Part shown: positions 25,942-37,228 of the stretch, piece by piece
How the letters are laid out: each line of letters starts with the position of its first letter
Numbering within the stretch: the stretch's first letter is position 1
Assembly (NCBI GenBank): GCA_038087875.1
Contig: CM075989.1
Coordinates: forward strand, 5,766,001 to 5,830,000
Length of the DNA: 64,000 bases
Reading direction: 5' to 3'
Origin: Malacoraja senta
Taxonomy: Eukaryota
Translations under genes and position numbers: made by a program
The notes under the pieces: model-generated
What the model saw: only the letters and a program-made list of their open reading frames with translations
Told to the model about the DNA's origin: nothing
Database searches by the model: none

Positions 25942-26430
25942 CTTAAAAAACAATGAAAACAGAGTAATAATTTATCATGTTTTGCTTCATTCAGTCGTTA
26001 TGTATTTTAAAGCATTTAAGTTTTATAAATTAACAATGGATGTTCAACCCAAAGATTAAATTGAAAGTTAATTTTAGTTAGTGTTTTTGATCTGAAACAT
26101 ATGCAGGCACATTATATATACTTTTACTGAACTTATTATACTGTAAAAGTGACAAACATCAGCTCTGCAAAATGGGAGTTCATTGGGAATTTGTACAAGA
26201 CAAATCTTTCTTTCTAAAAAACAGGCACAAATTGATACAATATCTAGGGTGAAGAGGTGCATCTCTCCAAGGAACGATTGATGATGTGAACTGTTATTCC
26301 CCAGCTGTCTCCTCAACTTATTCGGCGAACCAAGCATAGACTGGGTTCAACCATTGAATCTTATTGATTCAAAGCTAATTGAAAATGAGCTACAATCTAT
26401 TTACAGAATTCACATGATAAAAAGACTTAC

Positions 26431-26495
26431 AAATGCATTGAAAACTTTTATTGAGGAAAACATGTCACCGTAATAGAAAAGAAGATGTGCCAAAC
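26431..26495 (-). CDS. WDR93: WDR93 coding exon (G-LAHLLFYYGDMFSSIKVFNAF)
   Basis: 65 nt, ctttag / gtaagt, phase 1 to 0; joins neighbouring exons in frame; similar to recalled human [22 protein letters not shown]. Confidence 0.85.
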
Positions 26496-26635
26496 CTAAA
26501 GTGTAAAATGAGAGAGAAAAATTTAGATTGTCACAAAATACATACGAACAAATCCTTGATGAAAAAATAATTATGTGGCGTAAGAAGTTGTACTGCATTG
26601 TAAATTTGTTATGAAGGACACACCATAATTACTTA

Positions 26636-26858
26636 AACCCCTGTCCCACTTCCACGACCTAATTCCCGACCTCATACTAGCCCTTGACTCATACTCGGAG
26701 CACGGTCATCACGAGGTCATAGGTAGGTCGTAGCAGGTCGTGATGCTAGTCGTAGGTACTCGTGGCATCAAGTAGGTCGGGGCGTTTTTTCAACATGATG
26801 AAAAATGTCCACGAGTAAAAAAGGTCGTGAATTATGTCGTGAAAATGGGACAGGCCCT
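26636..26858. mobile_element. PIF/Harbinger-type MITE (family of 60704-60920)
   Basis: CCTGTCCCAC / TGGGACAGGCCCT termini; TTA TSD; body is the reverse complement of the 60704 copy. Confidence 0.8.
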
Positions 26859-26999
26859 TTAAACTGGAGTAGGAAATTTGTAATGAAAGCAGGAAATGTT
26901 CATAATGCACAGCAGGTTAATCACTATTTGAAGGATATTGTTAATTTAAATGTTCAAACTAAACTTAATCAAAATATTATATTTATACATTGGGCAAAG

Positions 27000-27885
27000 A
27001 AATCACAGATGGATTTTAATCTGAGAAAGTGTGAACTTTTGGGAGGTTGAATGTAAAGGGAAAGTATACAGTTAATGGAAGACCCTTAATAGCATCTTTG
27101 TACAAAGGATTCTTGGGGTCCAAGTCTGTAGCTGAAAGTGTAAAGCACAAGTAGATAGTGTGGGAAAGAAGGCATATTACTTAATTGGTCAGAGCATTGA
27201 GTCAAGAAGTCACGATACAGCTTAATAGGACTTTGGTTAGGCAGTAGACTTTGGTTAGGCAGTAGACTTTGGTTAGGCAGTAGACTTTGCGTACAGACAC
27301 AAAATGCTGGAGTAACTCAGGGGACAGGCAGCATCTATGGAGAGAAGGAATGGGTGAAGTTTCGGGTCGAGACCCTTCTTCAGACTGCGTCAGGAGGGAG
27401 GGAGATACATAGATAAGGAAGTGTGAAGGTGTGAAAACAGGTCAAAGGGAATGGAGATCAAGGAAAATGTAGAATAGATCATTGTTAGCTGGGAGAAGTA
27501 ACAACAAAGCAAACAGAGATAACATGTAGTCGGAGACAGTAAGACTGGTCGGAGAACTGGGAAGGGGGAGGGATGGAGAGCGAGGGAAAGAAAGGATTAC
27601 TTGAAGTAATTGGTGAATTGTGTACAGTTCGGGTCGTCCAATTACAGGAATGATCTGGAGACTTTGGATAGGGTGTAGAAGAGGTTTACCAGAATGCTGC
27701 CTGGACAGTATTGGCTGTAAGGAGAAGTTAGACAAACTTAGATTGTTTTCTTTGGAACGTCGGTGGCTGAGGGGAGACCTGATAAAAGTATATAAAATTA
27801 TGAGAGGCATAAATAGAGTGGACAATTAGAACCTTTCTCCCAGGATGGAAATGTCAAAGACTAGAGGGCATAGCTTTAAGGCAAA
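27000..27885 (+). mobile_element. CR1 fragment interrupted by a Penelope 3' piece (~27295-27605)
   Basis: CR1 peptides WAKKSQMDFN and KLRLFSLERRWLRGDLIKVYKIMRG on either side of a minus-strand Penelope repeat. Confidence 0.7.
27229..27289. repeat. 18-bp tandem repeat x3.3 (GACTTTGGTTAGGCAGTA)
   Basis: Perfect tandem copies visible. Confidence 0.9.
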
Positions 27886-30071
27886 AAGTTTTAATGTTTT
27901 TTTAATGTTTCAGTGGATTTTTTAGTATCAGCTTGGGGACCTTTCAATGAGATCACTCCACATGCTAAGCCAATTCAATTATGCAGGGCATCCTAAGACA
28001 GCTCTGATGCAAATAACATAGACAAAGGTATGGCTTTAGGCTTAAGGGCAATAGTAATAAAATGACCAGGTCTCAATAAATTAAATGTGTAGGAAGGAAA
28101 TGCAGATGCTGGTTTAAACCGAAGATAGACACAAAAAGTTGGAGTAACTCAGCAGGACAAGCAGCATCTCTGGAGACTTTTCGGGTCAAAACCCTTCTTC
28201 AGACTAGTTAGGGATAAGGAAACCGAGCGATATAGATGATGATATAAATTAAAAATAGGTAATATCATAATGGAAGTTCCCCATGGTGCACAAGAATTAT
28301 CTGTGGTAGTAGGTGTTTTACAAGGAGTCAAACAATGGCACAGTTATAGCTGGCACAATTCTCCAAGGACCCGACATAGCTCCTGACTCCAGGTGCTGTC
28401 TGCGTGGAGTCTGGACATTCTCTCTGTTAACTTTTTGCGCCGTTAAATGCAAAGATAATCAAAGAGGAGATGATGGAGTGCGAGCAAGATCAAGTTGCAG
28501 AAATGGAACGAATGAGAGGAGGAATGAGCGTAGTGATTACTCCCCTAAGGGACTGGTGTGGACCTGAAGGGCTTAACTGTCTCCATTTGTGACATTGTAT
28601 ATGCCATAATAACACATGGAAAGCAATTGGCAGTCGCTAGAAATGTCCATTAAAAGTCAAGGGCACAAGATATATAAAGATGGAGACTCCAGATGCTAGA
28701 ACTTTGAGCAAAAAGCAAAGTGTTGGACAAACTCAGTGGGTCAGGCAGCATCTGTGGAGCGAGTGAACAGACAACATTTCAGGTCAAGATCCTTCTTCAG
28801 ATAGTTAAAGATGATCAGATTCTTAATGTAATATGAATAAGTAACCACACCTTGGAGAAACCAATTGTAGGGGACACAAGGAACTTCAAATGTTGGAATT
28901 TTGAGCAAAACACAAAGTGCTGGTGGAATTCAGAGGGTCAAGCAGCATCTGTAGAGGGAATGGATAGACGACGATTCGGCTTGGGACTTTTTCTCATACT
29001 TTGCTTTACCTCAAACCATGTTGCACCCCCACTTCATTAATAACTTTACTGAGTCTTTGATAAAGACTCAAGAAGATAAATATTGCTGCTGTTAATGTTA
29101 AGCATATTTGGAGAAAACATAATTCTACTTAAATTTAAGCTCTGAACACAAAATCTAACAAGTTGTTCTGCTTCAAAATTTGGTTAATTCTAAAACTGTA
29201 CCAAAGGTATTTTTAGAACCATCTGATTAGTTTCACACTAACCAGTGTAGATGTGGCTTGCAAACTACAAGTTGCACTTCAGTAGCAATGAAGTACTATA
29301 AAGCATTTAAATATTTTCAACATACCTCAGAGAGCATATTAACATGATTTAGCACATTCATAGTGGCCGAAGTGCAAAAATTCTGCCTTCTCTAGTGTGG
29401 AAGGAAAGGGAAAAAGAAAACCACGGAGGAACAAATTGAACCATGAAATTGGCAATATCTATCCTTATAGACTAGGACATTGAGGCATTACAGTTTTTAA
29501 AACAGGCCTACATAAGTTCATAAGTTGTAAGAGCAGAATTAAGCCATTGGGCCCATCAAGCCTATTCCACCCTTCAATCATGGCTGATCTATCTTTTCCT
29601 CTCAACGCCATTCTCCTGCTTTCTCCCCATAACCCCTGACACCAGTCTTAAACCTGCAACATTAACTTTGTTTCTCTTACCACAAATGCTGCTTGACCTT
29701 CTGAAGCAGGGTCTCGACCCAAAACATCACCTATACTTTTTCTCCAGAGATGCTGTCTGACCCGCTGAGTTACTCCAGCATTTTGTGTATGACCTGAATA
29801 TCTCCATAGATTTCTGTTTTTTATGTGAGGTATTATAGTTAGTGTCTTTGCTTGTGTCAGGAATGGAGAAATTTAGCCAAGATCTCAATAGGATCTGCAT
29901 TATATACAAGTGAAAATCAGTATGCTGTGACATTCTTTATGAGCAAAGATCTAATCAATTGCATCATCTGTTATGTTAAAAATGACAAAAAAAACATTGG
30001 CAAGGAATCAGATACTGGCACAAGGGATAGTTAAATAAGCTATTAAGCAATGAAGATGTTTCAATAAATAC

Positions 30072-30273
30072 CCATGTCATCCACAGCAGCAAGCAGATAA
30101 ATCTGGATTCCAACACTTTTTACTTGAAGTGCAACAATCTCAACATCTTCTGTCTTCCAAACAGTTTTAACGGTGTGATCCCCCATGCTCAGAACTGCCA
30201 CTCCCTCAGACAGCCCAGCAAAAATATAACTTCCATCCGCAGAACTTGCAAGGCAGTTTACGTTGCCAGCAAC
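30072..30273 (-). CDS. WDR93: WDR93 coding exon (VAGNVNCLASSADGSYIFAGLSEG...LLAAVDDM-G)
   Basis: 202 nt, gagcag / gtattt, phase 0 to 1; WD-like; matches recalled human NCMAVSQDYVFIG...IAPVDEMG. Confidence 0.9.
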
Positions 30274-30499
30274 CTGCTCAAAAAGATAAAGGAACAGAGA
30301 AACAGCAATATAGCAATGGCCAAGAAACATGACTGAATTATTAATTTTTACACAACCTTTTAACAGACTGAAAAGCTTGCCCTTAGCATGAATCACAATG
30401 CACTAAAATATCTTAAATAATTGTTTTTTTATTATTGCAATCAGCCAGGAAGACATTAAGCAGCTCAGGAAGGAATGACTGGCCTGTCATGTCTATCTC

Positions 30500-31466
30500 G
30501 TGGGAGCCGCCATCTTGGAGGAACGGCTGCTAAACAGCAGCCGTCCGTCAAATTCACCTTTTCTTTAGTTTTAGTGTTTTTTATTTCTCTGTTTGTTTGG
30601 GGAATTTTGACTTTTAATGTGGGGGGGTAAGGGGGAAACTATTCCTAGGTCCCTACCTGGTCGGTGAGGCAGCTTTTTCTCCAGGCTGCCTCGTCGACCC
30701 GTCCTCGTGGCCTACCAGCGGGCATGGAGCGCCGTTTCCTGGCGGGGACCGCCCAGCACCTTCAGCTTCGGTGGCGGCACAGCGCTGGAGCGCTATCGGG
30801 GAGCGTAGTGGGCGATGCCTTGCCTGGGTCGCCGCGCTGGATCGACGCGCTGGAGCTCCGGTGAGCTGGACCGCCGACACCAACACCTCCGGGCTGCGGG
30901 ATTGCGGGGCGACCAGCTGCGGGCGGCGGCGCCGACTCCAACATCGGGAGCCTCGTGGCTCCAAATCGGCGCGGTCCTGTTGGCTTCAGGTGCCATCGAC
31001 TCCGTCGGGAAACCGGCCGTTCCAGCCGCTCCGAGGACTCTCCCGACGGCCAGGAACATCGGGCCTCCGTAGAGTCAACTGTGGTGGCCTCGATGGGCCT
31101 GACTCTGGGGAGAACTGGACATTGTGCCTTCCCCCACAGTGGTGGTCATTGTGGGGGGATGATTTTGTGTGCTGTGCCTGTGCCTGTGCCTGTGCCTGTC
31201 AGTCCGTGTACAAGATGGCGGTCGGAGGGGAGAGTGGACGCTGGCGCGAAATGGTCGCCGCTGCTCTCTCCTCAAATTGTGTTTCTTATTTTCTTTTGGT
31301 GCTTTTGAAATTGAATTCTGTCCTTGATTTGTGTACTGTGGTGTTTTCTTATTTAATTTATTCCGATTATGTGTTTTCTGTTTTGTTGTGATTCTATGCA
31401 TTGTAAGGTGTCCTTGGGTTTTAGAAAGGCGCCAGTAAATAAAATGATTATTATTATTATTATTAT
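30500..31466 (+). mobile_element. ~970-bp GC-rich non-autonomous retroelement with L2-type tail
   Basis: 5' GCCGCCATCTT, 3' GAAAGGCGCCAGTAAATAAAATG-(ATT)n; possible TSD TATCTC; second copy at 7857. Confidence 0.75.
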
Positions 31467-32054
31467 TATCTCCCAGAGAAATTAAAGAGCCTCCCTGCAA
31501 TTACCCCAAACCATATTCACACAATTTCATGGACGTCTAAAACACTTGTGTTAAATAACTGCTTTAAGTAAGAATGGGGAATTTTAGTGCCAGTGCCATT
31601 GTTCACCTCAGTAATTAAGTTAACCTTTACCTATCCCCCACTTGACAGATAAACTTTTGGTTGAAGGACATTTAGGTCCTTCGTACACATGAAATCAGAG
31701 TCATGGACAAAATGTACCTTTAAGCAAGAAGGGCAGAACATTTGTTCATAAGTGATAGGAGCAGAATTAACCCATTCGGCCCATCAAGTCTACTCCGCCA
31801 TTCGATCATGGATGATCGATCTTTCCCTCTTCATAAGATCATAAGTGATCGTCAAGAGGTGCCCAACTGGGGTGTAAGCAGGGGAGTGGGAATCTTTAAC
31901 TTGGATGATGGTAAAAATACTCCCTAAAAAGGAGTGTTCAGTCTACTCAATGAAGTATGTTTGACAACCTAACTTTTTTTGTTAACATTTTATGAATCTA
32001 GGAAGGTAGTATTGAACATTGACGTTTGATAGATTGTGAGACACAATTACTCAC

Positions 32055-32315
32055 CTGAATCTCCTCTGATGATTCACACAAAGGTATTTTTTTCTTTAAC
32101 CTTTCAGCTTCTCTTTCTGCTTCTCGTTTTTCAATGACTTCACATGCATTCTCGATGATGCGACCAATTAATTTATCAATCATCCTGAAAGGTTGAGGTA
32201 ATTCATCAAACAGCTGTTCTGGATCCTGTAGATAATAGTCGTTTTCATCATTGCCGTTCCAATTATGCTCAGAAGGTGTTGGCACTGCCAGATAATTTAA
32301 ATAGTTGCTTGCCAT
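32055..32315 (-). CDS. WDR93: WDR93 first coding exon (exon spans 32055-32349 including 5' UTR)
   Basis: MASNYL..DPEQLFDELPQPFRMIDKL..EVIEKREAEREAE resembles recalled human DPDEELDSLPQPYRMINKL..EIIEERNALREAE; gtgagt donor; acceptor before 32349. Confidence 0.92.
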
Positions 32316-32436
32316 CTTTTACTTTCTATGGCCTTGGTTCTTCAACACTCTAAAACACAAGAAGACAAGTATATCAGAAAATAGTAGCAGGGACAGGCCA
32401 CTCAGCCCCTTAAGCCTATCACATCATTCATATTTT

Positions 32437-32748
32437 TAGTTTAGTTTAGTTCAGAGATACAGCGTGGAAACAGGCCCTTCGGCCCACCGAGTCTATGCCG
32501 ACCAGCGATCCCCGCATTTTAACACTATCCTACACACATTAGGACCAAATTACATTTATAGAAAGCCTGCAAACCTGTAAGTCTTTGAAGTGTGGGAGGA
32601 AACCGAAGATCTCGGAGAAAACCCACGGCATCAGGGGGAGAACGTACAAACTCCGCACCAACAGCACCCGTAGTCGGGATTGAATCCGGGACTCTCGCGC
32701 TGTAAGCGTTGTAAGGCAGCAACTCTACCGCTGCTCCACCGTGCCACC
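32437..32748 (-). mobile_element. V-SINE (HE1-like), full length
   Basis: tRNA-like head, V core, (TTTAG)n tail on + strand. Confidence 0.85.
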
Positions 32749-33566
32749 CTATGATCATGGTTGAACTGCCACAGACTTCAACTCTTCTGCGTCAGTTTCC
32801 CGCTGTCCACAGTTCCCGTCTCTTTCAAGGAATTGTCTATGTCCTCTTTAATATCCACAGCCTCCAAATAATCCAAAGTAAAGAATTCCAGTGGTTCATA
32901 GCTCAGTTTTAAATGACTGCACACTTTTATTTTGTTACCATGTCCACTGATTCGACATTCTTCCACGAATGGAAGCATTTGAACATCTACCCTGTTATGC
33001 CACCTCAGGATCTTACATATCTCAATGATCATCCCTTATTCTTCTAAACTCCAGAGAATACAGATCCAAATCTTCAGCTACTCAAGATAGGACAATCCTC
33101 TCATTCCAGAAAATAGACTAGTAAGTTGTTTTTGTACTGTCTTTCCCACAGCCATCAGGCTATTAAACACAACGAATAAGCTATGAGCACTGATCTGCAA
33201 AAGACTATATTATTATTTGTTATTTGCACTGTATTTGTTTATTGAACTTTTTCTTTTTTCCCCCGTTATATACAATGTTTACATATGCACATATTCTGTT
33301 GTGCTGCAGCAACTAAGAATTTCATTGTCCTGTCCGGGACATATGACAATAAAACACTCTTGACACTTGACTCCAAAGTTAGTCTATTATTTCTTAAATA
33401 AGGGGAACAAAACTGTGCAGTGTACAAAACTGTGAGAATTTTTCCCTATTTCTAAACCTCATCTCCCTTGCAATAATTTGTTTTTAATTTGAACAAAATC
33501 ACATAACTATCTCTGCATTGTATTCATTTGTAATCCCTCTCTGTTACATCAATAACATCGATAGAA

Positions 33567-33967
33567 TCTGTAGATTGATGATGCATGTGAGCCAATCACA
33601 CTTAGCCAGCATCACTAACTCCACCCCACTATAACACTATACTAACGCCTAATCCCAGCACCGTCAGTCTTAGCAGCTAGGATGAACTGACAACACCTTG
33701 TCTTCAAGAAGGGAAAGAATGAAATCCGCCTGTGCATTAATCCCACTTCTGACACCATGTAAATCAACACCTGAGACAGTATATGATTTAAACACATCTT
33801 TAATCAGCACTGTAACTTGGCAGCATCTAAAGACAAGGTGTTGTCAGTTCATCCTAGCTGCTAAGACTGACGGTGCTGGGAATAGGCGTTAGTATAGTGT
33901 TATAGTGGGGTGGAGTTAGTGATGCTGGCTAAGTGTGATTGGTTCACATGCATCATCAATCTACAGA
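33567..33967. repeat. Long inverted repeat, 138-bp arms, 125-bp spacer
   Basis: 33567-33704 is the reverse complement of 33830-33967 with 2 mismatches. Confidence 0.92.
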
Positions 33968-34404
33968 ATCTCTAGAGGATTTGTTTTTGCATCCAAAAAT
34001 CTAAATTTGTATTCACTCTCTTAAATTCAGAACTTATTCCGAACATTTTAAGCTCTCATTAAACCACAATAAATTCTGGATTCCTTATCTGCAACACTCA
34101 GCCTGTATGGATAGAATGACATCTGATGACGCGATTAAAACAAATACATTTCTATGCTCTGTCTCTTCTTAAGTTTAAAACACAGCTACAAAATAATGAG
34201 TGTGAAATGCGCCAAAATTGTTTTTATGACACTGGTTTTTGAAGCTCAAACCATGTTTTTGAGGCTGAATTGAAGAACATAGTTTGATCAAAATAAATGA
34301 AGTTTTATTCTACATTTAATTATGTTACAACTGCTAACTGCCTCAAGATAGTCGTGATAAGCAGCATTTTTGATCCATCAGGATCCTCCCATAAATTTGT
34401 GAGG

Positions 34405-34825
34405 TAGATAGACACAAAAAGCTGGAGTAACTCAGCAGGACAGGCAGCATCTCTGGAGAGAATGAATGGGTGACATTTTGGGACGAGACCCTTCTTCAGA
34501 CTCAAACCATGTTAAGTTAACATCACCCATTCCTTCTCCCCAGAGATGCTGCCTGGCCTGCTGAGTTACTCCAGCTTTTTGTGTTTATCTTCAGTTTAAA
34601 CCAGCATCTCTGGATATCTTTCATTCATTTGTTCTATATCTCTCTACATCACCGTCTATATCTCTCGTTTCCCTTTCCCCAGACTCTCAGTCTGAAGAAG
34701 GGTCTCGACCCGAAAAGTCACCAGTTCCTTTTCTCCAAAGACACTGTCTGACCCTCAGAGTTACTCCAGGTTTTTTGTGTTTATCTTCGGTTTAAAGCAG
34801 CATCTGCAGTTCCTTCCTACACAAG
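34405..34825. mobile_element. Cluster of Penelope-derived repeats in inverted and tandem arrangement
   Basis: Minus copy 34405-34502; plus copies 34520-34825 including CTGAAGAAGGGTCTCGACCCGAAA at 34692. Confidence 0.7.
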
Positions 34826-36269
34826 TTGAGGTAGAACCAGTATTGTGGATTTGGTTCCTCCAACCTTACAACAAAAGCAAAATACGTTCAATTTAAATAA
34901 GCATATTTATTCTGACAGGGATCTGTACTGTCCCCTTATGCATAAATGTGTGTTCATGGCTGTGATTGATTGGACTGGAGAGTCATGCAATGCAACAGCA
35001 TCACTGATTGTGACAGTAACATGCAGATTCAATGTGAATTGGTTTGTAAAACAAAAATAAATACATTCTTTATATATGTAAACATACACTCGCAAGCATC
35101 ATCTCCATACTATAGCTTAATGACCAAATTTGGGATTCCGAATATCAGCTTCACTATCACATTAGTTCAAGGTGAGATGCAATATTCTGGTGAGAAAAGG
35201 ATCAGGTCAATAATGTAGCTTTGTTTAATGCTGATCTTTATTGAGATTAACTATGTTGTAGACCCTATGGTATTGATCATGGTTTGTATGTCATCAGGAA
35301 GTAAATGTAAGGGGTGGAAGATTGCAACCTTCACGTGGTCTGCCCTGTTTCGACTAATGCAATCAACTCGACGTGCACAAACGGAAGATCAAACAGAACA
35401 AGTTGTCCAACAACTTTAGGCTGTGCACGCCACACGAAAGAAGAAGAAGTAAATGTAAGATGGAAACAAAATGTTGTGGTCGCTGAATTTGAGGAGAGTG
35501 TCCCAATAGTTATGCTATCCCAGTTTCGCAAACATTTCCGACACAATAGGGAAAATTTACAGGGGCTGGAGGAAACCCACAATGACAGGGAAAACGTGCA
35601 AACTCCACACAGACAGCACCCGAGGTCAGGATTGGATCAATGGCGCTGTGAGGCAGCGGCTCTACCAGCTGTGCAGCCCCTTCTTTGGTTGAATCTAGGG
35701 TTTCTTGGCTGACCTCATGTAATATGCAGTGTCCTAATGCATCAATGTAACTTGAAATTGACCAACATCAAATGCATCTCTCCAACAGAGTGATTTTCAC
35801 ATAAAAAAGAACACAAATCAAAGCTACAAATGAAAAATCCAGGCAAACATTGTATGCTCTCCTTCCCTCGTGAAACCAACATTGTATCAAGCAAGTAACT
35901 CAAATATATGAAAATGTACCTACACTGATGACACGTTCCAGCAGTCACACCTGGCTGGTCGCAGGCTTCGCCCTAACAGATGGTAAGTGCTTTTATGGGA
36001 GAATTGTTAACAGAAAAACCTGCATAAGTCAGAGTGAAAAAAAGTAGATGCTACAAATGCAGCAGGTTGCAGAAGTTGCTGAATGAGGCCTCTGGTCGTT
36101 GATGGGGGGAGAAAAGGAAAATTAGAAATAAAGCAAAAAAATGAAAGTAAACATTAAAACAAGTAAATGAGAATGCCGCAAATGTTGCAGGGTTTACAGA
36201 GAGGCAGAAGCAAAGGTATATAATCTTTGGACAGAAGCAAGTTGTGAGTGAGGCCTCTGGTCGTTGATG

Positions 36270-36445
36270 CCGCCCGTTGCTAGGATACCGGGGCCGGAAG
36301 TCCCGTCCGTCGTTGCAAGATGTCCGCCGGCGCTGCGGCCGGGCCGGGTCGGGGTCGGGGTCGGGGTCGGGGCGGGGTCGGGGCGGGGGAGAGCGGGGTC
36401 GGGGTCGGGGCGGGGGAGAGCGGGTCAGTAGAGGCGGTCAGTGAA
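36270..36445. promoter_or_regulatory. Putative bidirectional WDR93/PEX11A CpG promoter
   Basis: RFX X-box GTTGCTAGGATAC (36276-36288), ETS CCGGAAGT (36294-36301), GC boxes GGGGCGGGG; only CpG island between the divergent genes. Confidence 0.75.
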
Positions 36446-37172
36446 CCCTACACCTGTAGGAATTGCTGTAGCTCATTATATTTGTTTGTATATTTTTCAT
36501 TATAGTGACCAATTTGCAATTAAAATATGTGTATAATCTCTGGATGAGCTTTATATACTTCTCTCTAACATAAGTGGTATTAATGTAAAGGAAGCAAGGA
36601 CTGTATCTACATGTAAATAGCATAACTTTAGATGTTAGACACAAAATGTTAGAGTAACTCGGTGTATGAGGTGTGATTTGAATTTGCGCAGAGCTAAATT
36701 ATTCTAACAAAGATCTGTTTTCTGTGTCCTAATTGATATTTTCAAACAGAGTGTGTTGTGAAACAAACCATGGTGGGTTTGATCCTGATTGCTTAATGCT
36801 TTAAGTTTGTGCAGGAGGCTGTTGGAGGCCGAGGGATAAGGGTTGAGGCTGGAGTTTGCAAAGTTCTCTGGACCTGATGAAGAATTGTTTAACATCTAAA
36901 CACTTTAATCCAGCCATTTATACCACAAATGAGACAATGGCATCAGTGTTGTAGATGATTTATTTTAGCGATTGGGACAGGCACACCGTGTTTGTCTTTT
37001 TAATATCTCCTTTTTCTAACTTATCTTTGGTTGTTTTGCCTACCGTGTTGTAAATTGAGGTTGTGTCTGCCTTGGGGAAGTCATTTATTTTGTGTCTGTA
37101 CCTCTTGAGTTCATAGGTTTTCTTTCTCGTTGCACCCAAGCTCCACTGGTCTCTGCTGCCTCCCAAACCTCC

Positions 37173-37228
37173 ATGGATTCCTATGTAAAACTTGCCTCCC
37201 TCAGCCAAGGAAGGGACAAGATTTTCAG
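37173..37228 (+). CDS. PEX11A: PEX11A coding exon 1 (MDSYVKLASLSQGRDKIFR)
   Basis: 56 nt, CAG|gtatg donor; matches PEX11 N-terminus (QGRDRLFR). Confidence 0.88.

Noticed and set aside
27229..27289. CRISPR-like direct repeats
   Set aside because: Head-to-tail 18-mers with no spacers, in eukaryotic context
29326..29391. Candidate constitutive WDR93 exon implying a frameshifted pseudogene
   Set aside because: An in-phase 65-nt exon with better similarity exists at 26431-26495, so WDR93 reads intact
30653..31500. Several overlapping 60-206 aa ORFs
   Set aside because: By-product of high GC in a repeated element; no recognisable domain
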